NCBI GenBank assembly: GCA_028534125.1 | Contig: CM052816.1 | Coordinates: 51,896,001 to 51,960,000, forward strand | Length of the DNA: 64,000 nucleotides | Direction: 5' to 3' | DNA from: Lama glama | Taxonomy: Eukaryota | In this document: positions 12,481 through 25,448 of the stretch, one piece after another | Layout of the letters: each line of letters opens with the position of its first letter | How positions within the stretch are numbered: the stretch's first letter is position 1 | Program-made: the position numbers and the translations under genes | Notes under the pieces: model-generated | What the model was told of the DNA's origin: nothing | Database searches by the model: none | What the model saw: only the letters and a program-made list of their open reading frames with translations

Positions 12481-14315
12481 ATTTTTAATGGATTTACTGA
12501 GATACAATTTACCTGCCATGAAATTCACACATTTTAAGTGTATAATTTACTGATATTTAGTAAATTTATAGGGTTGTGCAATCATGATCACAATCCAATT
12601 ATAGATCATTTCCATCATCCCCAAAATATTCAGTGCCAATTTGCAGTCATTCCCTGTTCCCACCCCCAAGCCAATCATGATATGCTTTCTGTCATTACAG
12701 ATTTACTTTTTCTCAACATTCAGATAAATGGAATCATACTGTGTGTAGTCTTTTGCATCTGGCTTCTTTCACTTAGTACATGAGTCAGCAAAGTACCTGC
12801 TGCCTGTTTTTGTAAATAAAGTTTTATCAGGACACAGTCACACTCAGTCATTAACATATTGCCTGTTGCTGCTTTAGCACTACTGTGGGAAGTTGCCACA
12901 GAGACCATATGGTCCACAAGCCTAAAACATTTACTATCTGACCTTTGAAAAACACATTGTTGACCCTGACTTAACATGATATTTTTTGGGTTCATCCATG
13001 TTGTAACATGTATCAGTCAGTCAGTCCTCTTCACTGTGGAATAATATTCTATTGTATGAATGTCTCATATTTATTTATCCATTCACTTGTTGATAGACAT
13101 TTGGTCTGTTTCTAATTTGGGGCTGTTATGAATAATGCTGCTATAAACATTCATGTACAAGGCTTTGTGTGAACATATGGATTCATTTCTCTTGTACAGA
13201 TAACTAGTAGTCAGGAGTGAAATTGCTGGATCCTATGGCAAGTTTATGTTCAACATTTTAAGAAACTGGCAAATTGTTTTCCAAAGTGGCTGCACTAATT
13301 TTACGTTCCCACCAGCAATGTATGAGAGTTCCTGTTTCTCCACATTCTCACTGCCACTTATCTTTTTATTAATTTTATTATAGCTATTCTAAGGGGTATG
13401 AAGTAAGTATCTCATTGTGATTTTAATCCTGTATTTTCCCTAATGACTAATGAGTATCTTTTCACATGCTTTTTAGCCATTTTTTTCATCTTCTTTGGTG
13501 AGATATTTATTCAAAAATGCCTCCCATTTTTTCTTCAGTAGTTTGTCTTCTTATTATTGAGTTCTTAATATTTTCTGGATGGAAGTCATTTATCAATTAT
13601 ACCATTTGAAAATACTTCCTCCCATTTCTCTAAGGGTGTCTTTTTCACTTTCTTGATGTTGTCCTTTGAAGGACAAGTTTTCAATTTTGATGGTCAATTT
13701 ATCAAGTTATTAGTTTTTTTCATTTATGGATCTTGTTTTTGATGTTGTATCTAAAAATTCTTTACCCAACACAATGCACTAAGACCTTCTCCTATGTTTC
13801 TTATTGAAGTTCATAATTTTAGCCCTTACATTTAGGATTAAATTAATCTTTTTGCCTGTAGCCAGCCACTGCTCCAGCACCATTTGTTGAAAAGACTACC
13901 CTTTCCCCGATCAAATTGCTTTGTATTATATTAATTGATTTTCTGATGTTAAACCAATTTTGCCTTCCTGAGATAAAATTTACTTGTTCATGTGGTTTAA
14001 TTCTTTTTGTAAGTTGCTAGATTTGGTTTGCTAATTATTTTATTGAGAGTTTTTGCATTTTATATCCACAATGGCTCTTTCCCTATAGTATTTTTTTCTT
14101 CTTATATCTTCATCTGCTTTTGGTATCATGGTAATATTGGCCTTACAGAATGTATTCGAAAGTGTTTCCTCCTCCATTTCCTGGAAGATTTTGTGAAGAA
14201 TTTACATCATTTATTATTTAAATGTTCGATAGAAATCACCTGTGAACCCATCTAGGTCTAGGATTTTCTTTTGGGGAAGATTTTAACTTACGAATTCAAT
14301 TTCTTCGTCTGGAAT
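12481..14315 (-). mobile_element. L1 (L1MB-like) 3' UTR and ORF2 fragments
   Basis: tttactgagatacaatt 3' end, ttttccaaagtggctgcac, ccagcaccatttgttgaaaagact, tgtgaacccatctaggtc. Confidence 0.9.
12779..12968 (+). mobile_element. MER58A-like hAT-Charlie MITE nested in the L1
   Basis: gcctgtttttgtaaataaagttttat...aagcctaaaacatttactatctg; 8-bp TSD acttagta/acttaaca. Confidence 0.88.
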
Positions 14316-16439
14316 AGATAAAGCCACCCTATTTCTGAATCTGATAGCTCTGTAGTGGGAAAAGAGTCATATACTACCAAAAACCTACCCACCTATACTT
14401 GAAGGCAAAAAGGACAACCTAAATTTGGATGTGCTTTCTTCTCTTTTAGATATGTTAAGCCATTCCATATGTTGGCAAAACAGCATTGAGGTTTCTGGTG
14501 ACAGCTTCAAATTATTAGTAATAATTGCCCAGAGAATGAGCTTAGTAGCTATAATCTTTATTTGAATTTAAACAAAAATACCTCTTTGTTCCATAGATTT
14601 AGCATTACTTCTTAAGATCCTTCTAACTATGGAAAAACCTAGTGTCTCCAGTATCTCAACAGTAATAAGTAAAGTAGTACAACCATTATGTATGAAAATT
14701 AATCAGAACTGGAAAAAAATCATGAACTGAACTGAACCACTTTGGAAACTATTCAGATACATGATCACAGCACCAGTATGGCTGAGTCCAACCCTGGATA
14801 TGGTCCGAGACAGCACCTATGAAAACCATCCTCAGGAATGTCCGTTCCAGCAGCTGGACCTGTGATAGACTAGCACAGCTGGGGCAGTGTCAGGGCAAGT
14901 CTCGAGGAACCCATACCTAAGAAAATGCCAGAACTGACCACAGTGGGTGAAATAAAGCTATTCAGTTATATAGGGGATGTTCTCCCTGATCCCACAGTTC
15001 CTGCCTTTCCATCCTCAAAATTCTCCCTATCTGACAGACCCACCTTTGTCTGGCACAAGTCAACCAGGCCTTGGGAATGTGTCAATAAGCAGGAAGCACC
15101 AGAAAATGGGGCTTAATTCATTTGCCACCCTGCAACTCACAAATGTGTCTTCATGTAGCACCTTTCCTTTTGATTATCACTGTGCTGGAATAAAAAAAAA
15201 AAAGCTAATTCTCAAAATCTCCAGTAAATCAGACATGATTGTTCCTTTTACAGTGATGAGGAAGCTGATGACCAAAAGATCTAGTAAGTGACTCAACCAG
15301 AACTTGAGTCTGACACAACAGAAAATCAGAGCACCGGGCCCTCAAGCCACCGAAAAGTACAGCCAGGGCACGAATGCAAACACCATGTCAGATGACTTTA
15401 TCTCTGATGATGGCAACACTTTGTGCAAGATTTATTTGCTGGGTTGTGTGACATTTTCAGGGTAGAAGGTTGCAAATGTAATTTTTATTATTAAGATACC
15501 AGTCCCCTATGGATTGAAAACTCAATTTCCCCTGGACTTTATTCAGAATGGAGCCCAGGCAATGCCTTCTGATTCGCAGTGCAGACAGGCATCTGCCTCC
15601 AGCCTTTTCCATAAAGAGACGAGGCATAAATAAACAAGCTTAGAGGATGCCTCTCCAGGGGCGAGAGGGGCTGGACAAGCTCATCTGGGACGTGCATCTA
15701 GTCTCTTCTCTTTGGTTCTCCTCACTGAAGATTTCTTGCTGACACCTAACACTTAGCTAATTGTGAACTGAGATCATTATACTGCTAACTTAGTTTTTCA
15801 GGCTTTGGACTCACAATTTAACCGTCTGCATCGCTTCTCTCTTTTTCACCAGTACTATATATAGTCTGTCAAAAATGTCTAAATTACCATTTCTCAGACT
15901 CGTTCCCCTTCTGGAAAAGTCCAGTGCAAGTCCTAAGCATCTCCTACCATTACTACTATAAAAACATACTGGCGAGCCGCTGACCTCTTCTCTCCCCAGT
16001 TACCTGTCGTCATATATGAGTCTGCTGTAGTGAATACCGTTATATTGCATAGATTCATTTACCAAAGTTATTTCTAGTTCTCTTCATTGTGCCCAGAAAC
16101 TACACTCCTTTCATCGGATGACTATGGGACGACATACAATTAATATGCTTTTGCAGTTATTTTAATTCATTCTTGCCCAGGTAACAACAGTCATTAGGGG
16201 GTATGGTATGCACATATGTATGTATGTACATACACTGCACGTACACGTATATGTGCATGTACGTGAGGCAGGAAGAGATGGAGGGAGTAAACAGGTGACA
16301 GAGGAATGCCTTCATTTCAATTCAACTCCGGTTTGTCACGATGATGGGGGCTGGAGATCCAGTGATAAACACAACAGCCCCTGTTCTCAAGACATTTATA
16401 AATTATGTAGCGGTAACAGCCAATGAAAACAGCAGGAAA

Positions 16440-16680
16440 TATTCCTTGGGGGCTTAGTTGGTTCTAAATGCTAAGAATTTCACACGGATCACCTCTGTTG
16501 ATCCTCATGACGACTCTACGAGGGAGGTACAATCATTACTCTCACTTTTCCCAAAGTTGATGAGAACAGTGAGACTGAGAGAGTCGGTCCTTGGTCACAC
16601 AACTTAGACAAGTGGCTTAAACAAGAACTCAGAAGGACGTGTGACACCAAAATCCACCCTCTCAACCACTTTTCAATCCT
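16440..16680 (-). mobile_element. MIR SINE
   Basis: gagactgagagag...ccttggtcacacaact...ctcaaccact. Confidence 0.7.
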
Positions 16681-17699
16681 GAGTCCTTGGAGCGTCATCA
16701 GATTCACACCTGCTCTCAATGATACCCCATTCTCTCTAGGGCCCTCACGACCCCTCTTCCCTGAATAACTTCTTTTCCCACTGCCAGATCACCAGCCACC
16801 AGCAATCAGAGGCTGATTCTGCAGCAAGGGGCTGCAGGCTTTCTCCTCACCCTCCACATAATAAGAACAGAAACTCAAATTCTCAGGACTAACTGTTGAC
16901 TCCCGAGAGGGCAAGGGGGCTTCTTAACTGTATCCCCCACCCACTCCAGAGACCCAAGCAAGACCACACACTCTGAGTCCGTCATAGATGCCAACTGAAT
17001 TGTTTCCAAGGCAGGCAGCCTGAGTGTTTTCAAAACCAAGATCCGACGCCCACTAAAGATGGCAGGGAAATACTAAAAGCCACCAAATGATACGCTTTAA
17101 ATGGATGAGTTGTGTGGTATATAAAATACACCTCGATAAAGCTGTTTAAGAATCTGAAAATGACAGGACAGCCAGTCTTTGAAAATGAAAGGCTTCTATC
17201 TCTAAGTCACCATCAAAGGTAGTGTAATGGCAGAATGTATTTCAAATACATGGTGGGAGGATTTTATAAAACGAAAAAGTAAATAAGTAAATCTGGATGG
17301 TGAGTTCAGGGTTTCTTCTACTTGCCATGATATTTATCTGAGGAAATGCTTAGGAGAAGAAAGAAATATGTTCAAACCCCTAAAAATGTCTTTCTGTGTG
17401 TCAGTCAGTATCCAAGGACCCTCCTCAGTAGTGCTTTGGTGCTAGGCCCTGAGCCCTACTAGGAAATTAGACACAAACTATGAAACACACACAGGAAACC
17501 ACGAATAAAAGGCAGTCCTTGAAACTTCCTTGTGTACAGGAAGTGACTGAATCTGAGGGGGGAAGGAAGTTGAGATTCATATTTGGAGATGGTTAATAAT
17601 TAATTAAAGACCAATTAATTCACTGGATACCAACTAAGTGTTCAACTGTCCTTTGACGCTTCAGAGATCTGGCTCTGACATACCACTTCACAAAAGTAA

Positions 17700-17940
17700 C
17701 CTGGTTTAACAGAATGAGCACTGGATGAGGAGTCCAGAGACCTAAACTCAGGACCTAGTCCTGCAACTTATAACTGCCCGTGAGTACGGTGCTTTACCTC
17801 GCTGAGCTTGTTTCTTTATATCTAAGAAGAGGAAGATAATATCTACCTCTATACTTCCCAGCCTTGTTGTGATGGACACACATGCTGTTACTTACAAAAG
17901 GGCTCTGAAGTCATCAGGCAGTTTTTCAAACATGAGGTAT
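17700..17940 (+). mobile_element. MIR SINE (MIR3/MIRc-like)
   Basis: gagcactggatgaggagtccagagacct...tttctttatatctaag...gataatatctacct. Confidence 0.7.
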
Positions 17941-20075
17941 ACGATTAGGTCTTCATAAACCCATACTACTAGGATAGAAAGAAATGAGAACATCGCTTAC
18001 GAATCTTCAACACCGCAGTGAGCAAGGTAAGTGAGATGGAGGTGGGAAACTCTAGCCTTTGCTAAGCCTGTTAGTTTTCTGGCACCTGACTCTCAAGGGG
18101 ACTGTGGCTTGTTTTTTATGCTCAGTTCAGGGGGATCAAGAGACCTGACTCTGGGAGCATCCCATTATTTGCCAGACAGAGGTTTATCTGACTGAGATGC
18201 TCTGCTGTTTTGAATTAATCTCAAATTGTGTACAGGATCCTGAATATCAGAAACAAGCCGACAGGAAAGTCAATAGAGAGGAGGAGGATTATAGGCAGGT
18301 AACATCAGCATGGCTGCCACTCAAATGCAACACACGATAAAACAGCTCGCCTCAGAGTCTTTACAGCAGGTGATCCAGTAACATCTGAAAAAGGAGACAT
18401 TTGGTCCCCCATGACTGTATGTTACATTTATTAAAAAAAAAATAAAAAAGACACACACAAAAACATATCATGATACCATTCTTTTACTCTATTTCAACTA
18501 TTCTATTCCAGTTTTCTGTAAGTTTATGGCTCCTGACTTTTGAAGCCACTGAAATATACTTTGCTTCCATATGTCTTTCATCACTTCTCATTCTGATGCA
18601 CGTGCCAAAATCTTGGCAATATCAATTTACTCCACTTAGTGTAATACCAGCTAAATTCCTAAGACTATAACACACAGCAAGAAATGTACACTCATAAAGA
18701 ATAACCTGCAGCTCCAGAAGAAAATATTGCCTCAAAGTTAAAAAACAACAAAAAAGCTCCAAAAACTTATCTTGAGAAAACTAATTGGAAGAGTGTATGA
18801 AATACTTTGAAACAATATTAACCCATTCTTTCAGGGTCATGCACTGAAGGCTTGTTACTTCGCTAATGTGACATTTTCTCTTGGTTTTCAAACCCAGAAT
18901 TTAATAACATGGCCGATAATTATACTGATTATTATCAGCATCCTGGAGTTTATATCTTGACTGTTTGAGATTTACTTTATGCCTGTTCATCTCATCTCAT
19001 CAACAGGATTGCCAGTTCTCAGAGAGTAGAGGCAATGCCTTGTATTTCATTTTTATCTTTCTGCAATACCTGGTATGGCACAGGGTGTACATGGAAAGGC
19101 TTATAGAACTAATTGAAGATTAAATAAAATCAAATAAACTTGTACATCATTTACTCCAAAGAGTGGGACAGAATGCTTTTAATCCATACAGAGATTTCTG
19201 AATCTCGATACCAACCTCTCTGACAAATGATTGGATTTAGACCTATTGTTTAAAAATCCAAAGTAGCTGACATTTCTCGGAGCCTTTCCAACAGAACTGG
19301 GTAGTAAGATCAGTGGCAGCTAGACTTCCCACTCCCTCTTATTCCCCCAAATTTCTCTGGAATACCCACCCACCACAGCCCCTCCCCTAGTCACAACATT
19401 TCAAGATCCAAGTTTTCATTCCCAGAATCACAAAGTCAGTGTTAAGGAAATACAAACCACCTACCAATGGGGAACGTACTAGCTTCTTCAGAGCTTTGTC
19501 CTAGACTTCTAAATGCTCTGTGATGCCAGGAGACCAGATTTTCTGCAAATGGACCTCAAACTGGGACAGTCCAACCCCCTGGGTAGCTGAGATACTAGGC
19601 TAAGGGCAATGTGTCACACAAGCCAGCTTCAATTTCTTCTTAAAATGGTAATTACAACTGGATATTCAGCATTATAGACAGACAATAGCTACACAGGGAG
19701 GCTCCTCTCACTTTGCAGAAGAGACTAGAGCCATTAAGTTCCTTCCTATTGCTAAGCAACAGTTGTGTTCAAATCAAACTGTTCTCTGCTCTCAAACAGT
19801 AGAAAAATCAGTCTATTCAATTCTGAGCACGACTGGGGAAGGGAAAAGAGAAAGACTGTGTAGAGATTTTGAAATAGAAGGTAGATTTAAGCTACATGTT
19901 AATTTTGGATATATTCTCTCCCTTTTAAAATATTTTTCAAGGAATAAGCTCAGGGTGCTTTGTCCCACAGGAATAGCCCTGACATGCTTCTCTTTCCAAA
20001 ATGAAAATGTGCTCCCTCAACTCAATTTGATTATGAATAATTTAGCCAAGGTTTACTGGCTACCAGGATACCTCC

Positions 20076-20602
20076 TGTAGTAGCTAGCTATTGCCACACA
20101 ACAAATTGCCCTAAAACTTACAAATATTTATTACTGTACAGTTTCTCTAGGACAAGATTCTGGAAGTGGCTCAGCTACATGGCTCTGACTTAGGATGTCT
20201 CATGAGGTTGCAAGCCGGAAGTCCACCAGGGCTGCAGTCATCTGAAGACTCAACTGGGACTGGAAGGTTCACTTCCTAGCTCACACATGAGGCTATTGGC
20301 AGGAGGCATACTTTCTAGTTTCTTGCCGGTCTCATGGGCTTCTCCTCATGACACGGAAGCTTGTTTCCCCCAGAACAAGTGATCCAAGAGAGAGACTGAC
20401 CAAGACAGAGGCCACTATGCCTACTGATGACCTAAGCTCCAAAGTCACACATGATCACTTCTGCTTAATTTTGTTAGAATCAACTTCCTAAGTCCTTCCC
20501 ACATATTAAAAAACAAAAAAAAGAGAGAGAGAGAGAAATTAAGCCTCACTTCTTGAACAATGGACTATGAAAGCATTTGTAGACACATTTTTCAAACCAC
20601 CA
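20076..20602 (-). mobile_element. MaLR LTR (MLT1F/H-like)
   Basis: tctcatgaggttgca, gggctgcagtcatctgaagactcaactgggactgga, atcacttctgc motifs. Confidence 0.8.
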
Positions 20603-20739
20603 GACCACTCACCAGAAATGCTCATGCCCTTCTGCAAACAAAATACCGCAGAAACCCAGAGAATGACGTTCCGGCTCTGCCTTATATGCGTAAGGCAGAA
20701 GGTGGGACTGGTGACAGATCCTGTGGCCCTTCTTTTCAT

Positions 20740-20945
20740 TAGCCAGATGACAGGATTCAAATCTGCCACTTACCACCTATGTGATTTTTGTGATTTATTT
20801 AATTATCTGTGTCTCAATTTCCTCTACTAGAAAAAGAGTGTAATAACAGTATCCACTTCACATATCAGTTAACACATGTAAAGCTTAGAATACTGTTTGG
20901 TACACAGTATACCCTACAGAATTATGCAACTTTATTGTCGTCATT
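20740..20945 (+). mobile_element. MIR SINE
   Basis: ggattcaaatctgccacttacc...tctcaatttcctc...atgtaaagcttagaa. Confidence 0.8.
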
Positions 20946-21936
20946 GTCATGTTGATAATAAGTGCAACCACTCAACCTGCATACAGAAACGCCCAAAAGG
21001 GCAGCAGAGGACAGAGGTTTGCCAGATGTAGATGCAGCTTTGGAAGGTCCTCTGCAAAAATTATCCACAATTATGATGTATTCACAATTGATAAATTATA
21101 CGTTATCAAGCGCCTCTTTGGGTCTTCCTAGCACTTGTGAAGCCGCGGGCTACAAATGATGGTAAGACAAACAACACTGGAAAAAGCCCATATCCTGTGC
21201 CTTTCTTATAAATTCACTCAATAAAAACAGATAAACTATCTAAAAACAGAGCTGAGTGTTCTCACAAATCATGAAAACAAACAAAAAAACAAACAAAAAC
21301 AGACAGTGGGGTATATATGTGACATTAGCGTAATTTATGGTAATCAATATCTTGCTGCAAATGTAATCCAATTAACTCAATACAGAAATAAATGCTTCCT
21401 CTGACCAGGTTATATCATTGTACTAAGGCCCAAGCTTTTGCATCCTGTGAAAGAAATCCCAGGTCCCTGGATGCCAGCTGCCAGCCAAGTAAGAATCTAC
21501 ACACAGATGACTAGTTTCACCCGGGCTCATCTCTCTGGTATTCCCATATTGCTGTGTCTGTCAGGTGATTGCCACGGGGACACAGAGGTGGAAAGAAGAT
21601 GGAAAGAAACGGGTGTGCTGCAGACAAAGATAAGATCAAGAGTCAGTAACAAAGTTATGTAATTTAAGTTTCCCCAAATCTTGTTCTTTTTGAAGTAAAT
21701 GTGGGATTAGAGGCAATATCAGGGCAAAGAAAGAGGCAGTTTGGTAGTGGACAGATGTGAATCTCATTCTCAGTCCCTGTGAGAACCTGGGCTGGGCCTC
21801 CATCACTCTGGGTCTCATGCTTGCTTCAGAATCCATAAAATAACACAGAGAAAGACAGTCCCGGAAATCCCTTCCATGGTAGGGGGGGGTGACAATGGGG
21901 CATCCTCCAGATCTCTGAGATAAAATTATACTGTGA

Positions 21937-22115
21937 GGGTGAGGGTATAGCTTGTGGTAGAGTGCATGTTTAGCATGCATAAGGTCCTGGGTTCAATCCC
22001 CAGTACCTCCATTAAAATAAATAAATAAATAAATAACCAACCAACCAACCTCTATTCACCTCCATCCTCCTCCAAAAAAAGAAAAAAAGAGAGAGAGAAA
22101 AAGAAAAAAAAAAAA
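21937..22115 (+). mobile_element. tRNA-Ala-derived SINE (camelid Vic-1-like)
   Basis: Head gggtatagcttgtggtagagtgcatgtttagcatgcataaggtcctgggttcaatccccagtacctcca, (aaat)n and A-rich tail; degenerate TSD aaaattatactgtga/aagagtatcctgtga (12 of 15). Confidence 0.88.
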
Positions 22116-22319
22116 AAGAGTATCCTGTGAAAGCAAAAGTAGTCAAGCCACGTGAAGAGACGGACTTCCTTTAAAACAGCCCAGACAAAGGAACAGCAAA
22201 TAGTTACGGGGAGGGAGGACTGGGGAGATTCAGTAGTCTATTCTTAGTATTTAGGTGTGTCTCCGGGACTATTATCTGTATGAACCAACAACTCCAGCTG
22301 TAAGTGGTTACAGTAAATC

Positions 22320-22640
22320 TGAGGTCACATACTAGCGGCTCACGGCCAAATGTGGTCCACAGAAGTGTTGTGCTTGGCCTGAACAGTATTTTTTAAAGAA
22401 TATGAATTCACTTACAACATTTAAAAATAGGAGACTTCACATAAATACCCAGATTTCTGGTTTCTCTTTAAAAAAAGAAAAGGAAGAAAGAAAACAGACC
22501 TGACAGCCCTAGTCTGTATCCTGTCATGCGGAAAACCAAGGGGCGCTGAGCAGTGGCTGCCTCCTTTCCATGTGGTATCAGCCCTCCAGTCCTGCCTTTC
22601 AGTTACCTGCCTGGCCCTGAACTGGATGAAACTGTGTTAC
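22320..22640. mobile_element. MER102-like hAT-Charlie element
   Basis: aacatttaaaaataggagacttcacataaatacccagatttctgg and gctgagcagtggctgcc. Confidence 0.75.
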
Positions 22641-23098
22641 AGTCAAGTAGCAATTAAGCAACATGAGCAAATCGAAAAAGTGAAAAGATATTGTCAACTA
22701 TATTGTACCTTTGCTGAGGAGAGACAGTAATAGAGGAGAATGGTCTGCATGGAGTTCAGGAAAGGGCAGCACAAAGAAGGAGAACTTGGCAATGCAACAC
22801 GGTCAGGAAAGAGGGTGCCCAGGCCAGTTGGAACAAGGATCTGGGTCTGCTTGGAAGGCATTAGCAAAAACACATCATGGGCAGAAGAGGCGCTCCACAT
22901 GATCTAGCTTGCTGTGGGGCATCTTTCCAGGGACAGAATGCAATGATCCCCCCAGGAAGAGAATGCAATGATCCGCTGACATGAGCATTCCTAGCTGCTC
23001 TGAAGGCTCGTACTAGTTAAGATGTAACTTCTCAGTTCCAAAATTTTAATCCCAGTCCACATGTGTGTATGTGTGTGTGTCTACAAAATAAGACTGGA

Positions 23099-24136
23099 AC
23101 TCATGAGCACAGAATAAACTTTCCATTTCTGTGTGTCTTCTTCAATTTCTTCCAACAATTGTTGAACATTGTTTAAATGTCCATGTTAACTAATCTACAG
23201 ATTCAGTGCAATCTCTACCAAAAGCCCAATGATATTTTTCACAAAATTAGAACAAAAAAATCCTAAAATGTATATAGAACCACAAAAGACCCCAAATAAC
23301 CAAAGCAATCCTAAGAAAAAAGAGCAAAGCTGGAGGTATCATACTCCCTGATTTCAAATTATACTACAGGCATACCTTGGAGATATCGTGGGTTTTGTTC
23401 CAGACCAGCACATTAAAGCAGATGTTGCAATAAAGTAAGTCATACAATTTTTTTGGTTTCCCAGTGCATATAAAAGTTACGTTTACACTACTCTGTAGTC
23501 TATTAGATGTGCAACAGCATCAGGTCTTTAAAAAGAAAAAAAGGAAAACAATGCGGAGAGTCCTCAAAAAATTAAGACTAGAACAACTATACAACCCAGC
23601 TATTCCACTTCTGAGTAATTATCCAAAGAAAATGAAGACCCTAATTCAGAGGGATATATGCACCCCTATGTTCATCGTAGCATTATTTACAATAGCCTAG
23701 GTATGGAAACAACCTTGTGCCCATCAATGCATGAATGGATAAAGATGTGGTATATGTACACAATGCAATACTACTGAGCCCTAAAAAAAAAAAAGATGAA
23801 ATCTTGCCATTTACAACAACGTGGATGGACCTTGAGGGTATTACGCTAAGCGAAATAAGTCAGATGGAGAAAGATAAATACTGTGTTTTCACTCATATGA
23901 AGAATATAAAAAATAAAATAAACAACCAAACCAAACCGAACAAAATCAAATACACAGATATAGAGAGCAGAGTAATGGTTACCAAGGGAAAAGGGACATG
24001 GAGGAGGGTCAAGTGTGTAAAGGGGGTCAACTGCACAGTGACTAATGAAAACTAAACTTCCCATGGTGAGCACGCAGTAGTGAACACAGAAGTTGAAATA
24101 CAACGTTATACACATGACATTTAAAAATAAATAACT
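23099..24136 (+). mobile_element. 5'-truncated, 5'-inverted L1 (ORF2 end and 3' UTR)
   Basis: ORF-track peptides LYNPAIPLLSNYPK, DICTPMFIVALFTIA and FTTTWMDLEGITLSEISQ; flanking TSD-like aaaataagactgga/aaagtaagacttgga. Confidence 0.9.
23367..23535. mobile_element. Tigger1 terminal fragment inserted at TA inside the L1
   Basis: ta|caggcataccttggagatatcgtggg...tttggtttcccagtgcatataaaagtta matches a Tigger1 end. Confidence 0.88.
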
Positions 24137-24414
24137 AAAAGTAAGACTTGGAGTCATTGTTAATTTAAATTTGGTCTGCCAAAGCTCTCTGTTTCTCATT
24201 AATAGTGATAATAATGTTTTCATTAAAAAATATAAATAAGATACATTCTGTCCGCCAAACTTCAACTAGCTATCTTGGATAAAGTAATGAAAACAATGGT
24301 TCTGATATATTTTGGGGGTCAAAAAACCTACAGAAAATACATCTCAAACTAGGATACTTCCAGCAGGAATGTTGCAACCAGAGGAGAAACAAAAATACCT
24401 TCTCCACCTAATGC

Positions 24415-24545
24415 AGCGGCTCCCCGCCTTGGCTCCACATTAGTATCACCTAAGGAACTTAAAAAGTCTGGGCGCCCTGGAGGTACCCAGCCCAATCAAA
24501 TCAGAATCTCTGGGGGTGGGATGTATCAGTATTTTAAAAAGTGGG
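24415..24545. mobile_element. MER5-family hAT MITE fragment
   Basis: cacattagtatcacct...aatcagaatctctgggggtggg. Confidence 0.7.
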
Positions 24546-25275
24546 TCCAAGCCCAATTTCCACCTAGCTCAGATCTACTATTAGCTACACAAGCCTGAGT
24601 GGTTTGACAAAGGAGAAAACAGATTATGAATTATCTATTTTACAAGTATCAAGTCACCACCAAAAAAGAAGTCGCTATTTCTCTAGGCAACTGTAACTGT
24701 GCCATTAATTTTCCTATAAATGCAGTCAACCATTCCTCTACTTTGTTAATTTACTTTGACTTGCACAGAATGGTGAAACATATAATCTGCTCACAGATAA
24801 TCAAGAGCTGCTTGTCCTACCTCCACTGCCATTATTTCTACTCTCATAAAAATAACCCACCTCACATTTTCATACTTCATTTTAGATCATTTTATAAACT
24901 CTGTAATTAATCCCAGAGCTTCAGGTGTATAGTAAGCAGCATGCTATGCCCTGATAAGTGTATTCATTGGATTTGCATTTCTATTCATATTACAACTATA
25001 ATCCAAACTGCACCTGCAGATTCCCTGTGTCAGCAGCCATCTGAAATGCACACATTTTAATTCTACTTTAATGCAGAGCTCCTAAATTTGAGCAGATCCT
25101 TGAAAATATATTTCAACTACTGTGGTGGCTTGTAAGTCCCCATTGATTGTTTTTTGTCTCAACCTTGTATAGAATTAAAGCTCCACCATAGAAAAAGGCA
25201 CTTATTTGACTGATTGATGATCACTGGTCCCACTATGGCTACTCTGATTCCAAGATTTATCAGGACTAGTCTCAT

Positions 25276-25448
25276 AAGCAGATTTACGAGGAAGCCAATG
25301 ACGCTTATGCCACAGAGTTTCTCAATGTGTACTGGCCTCTTCCAGAGCCCTGGGAGGTGCTCTAAAACTTCGTATTTGTAATTTTGTATTCTTTACCTTG
25401 AGGTAAATCGTGTTAGTGTCAGGCCCCACAAATCTTGACTCCACCCAC
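25276..25448. mobile_element. MER53-like hAT MITE
   Basis: gcagatttacgaggaagccaatga...tttgtaattttgtattcttt...caggccccacaaatcttgactccac. Confidence 0.65.

Noticed and set aside
16205..16265. Imperfect hairpin gcacatat...atatgtgc as a possible pre-miRNA
   Set aside because: Low-complexity TA/CA/TG alternation explains the self-complementarity.
22935..22974. 15-bp direct repeat agaatgcaatgatcc with a 10-nt spacer
   Set aside because: Only two copies; a trivial micro-duplication.
23464..24055. ORFs resembling hypothetical proteins (also 35208..35718 and 28538..28741)
   Set aside because: Frameshifted L1 ORF2 remnants.
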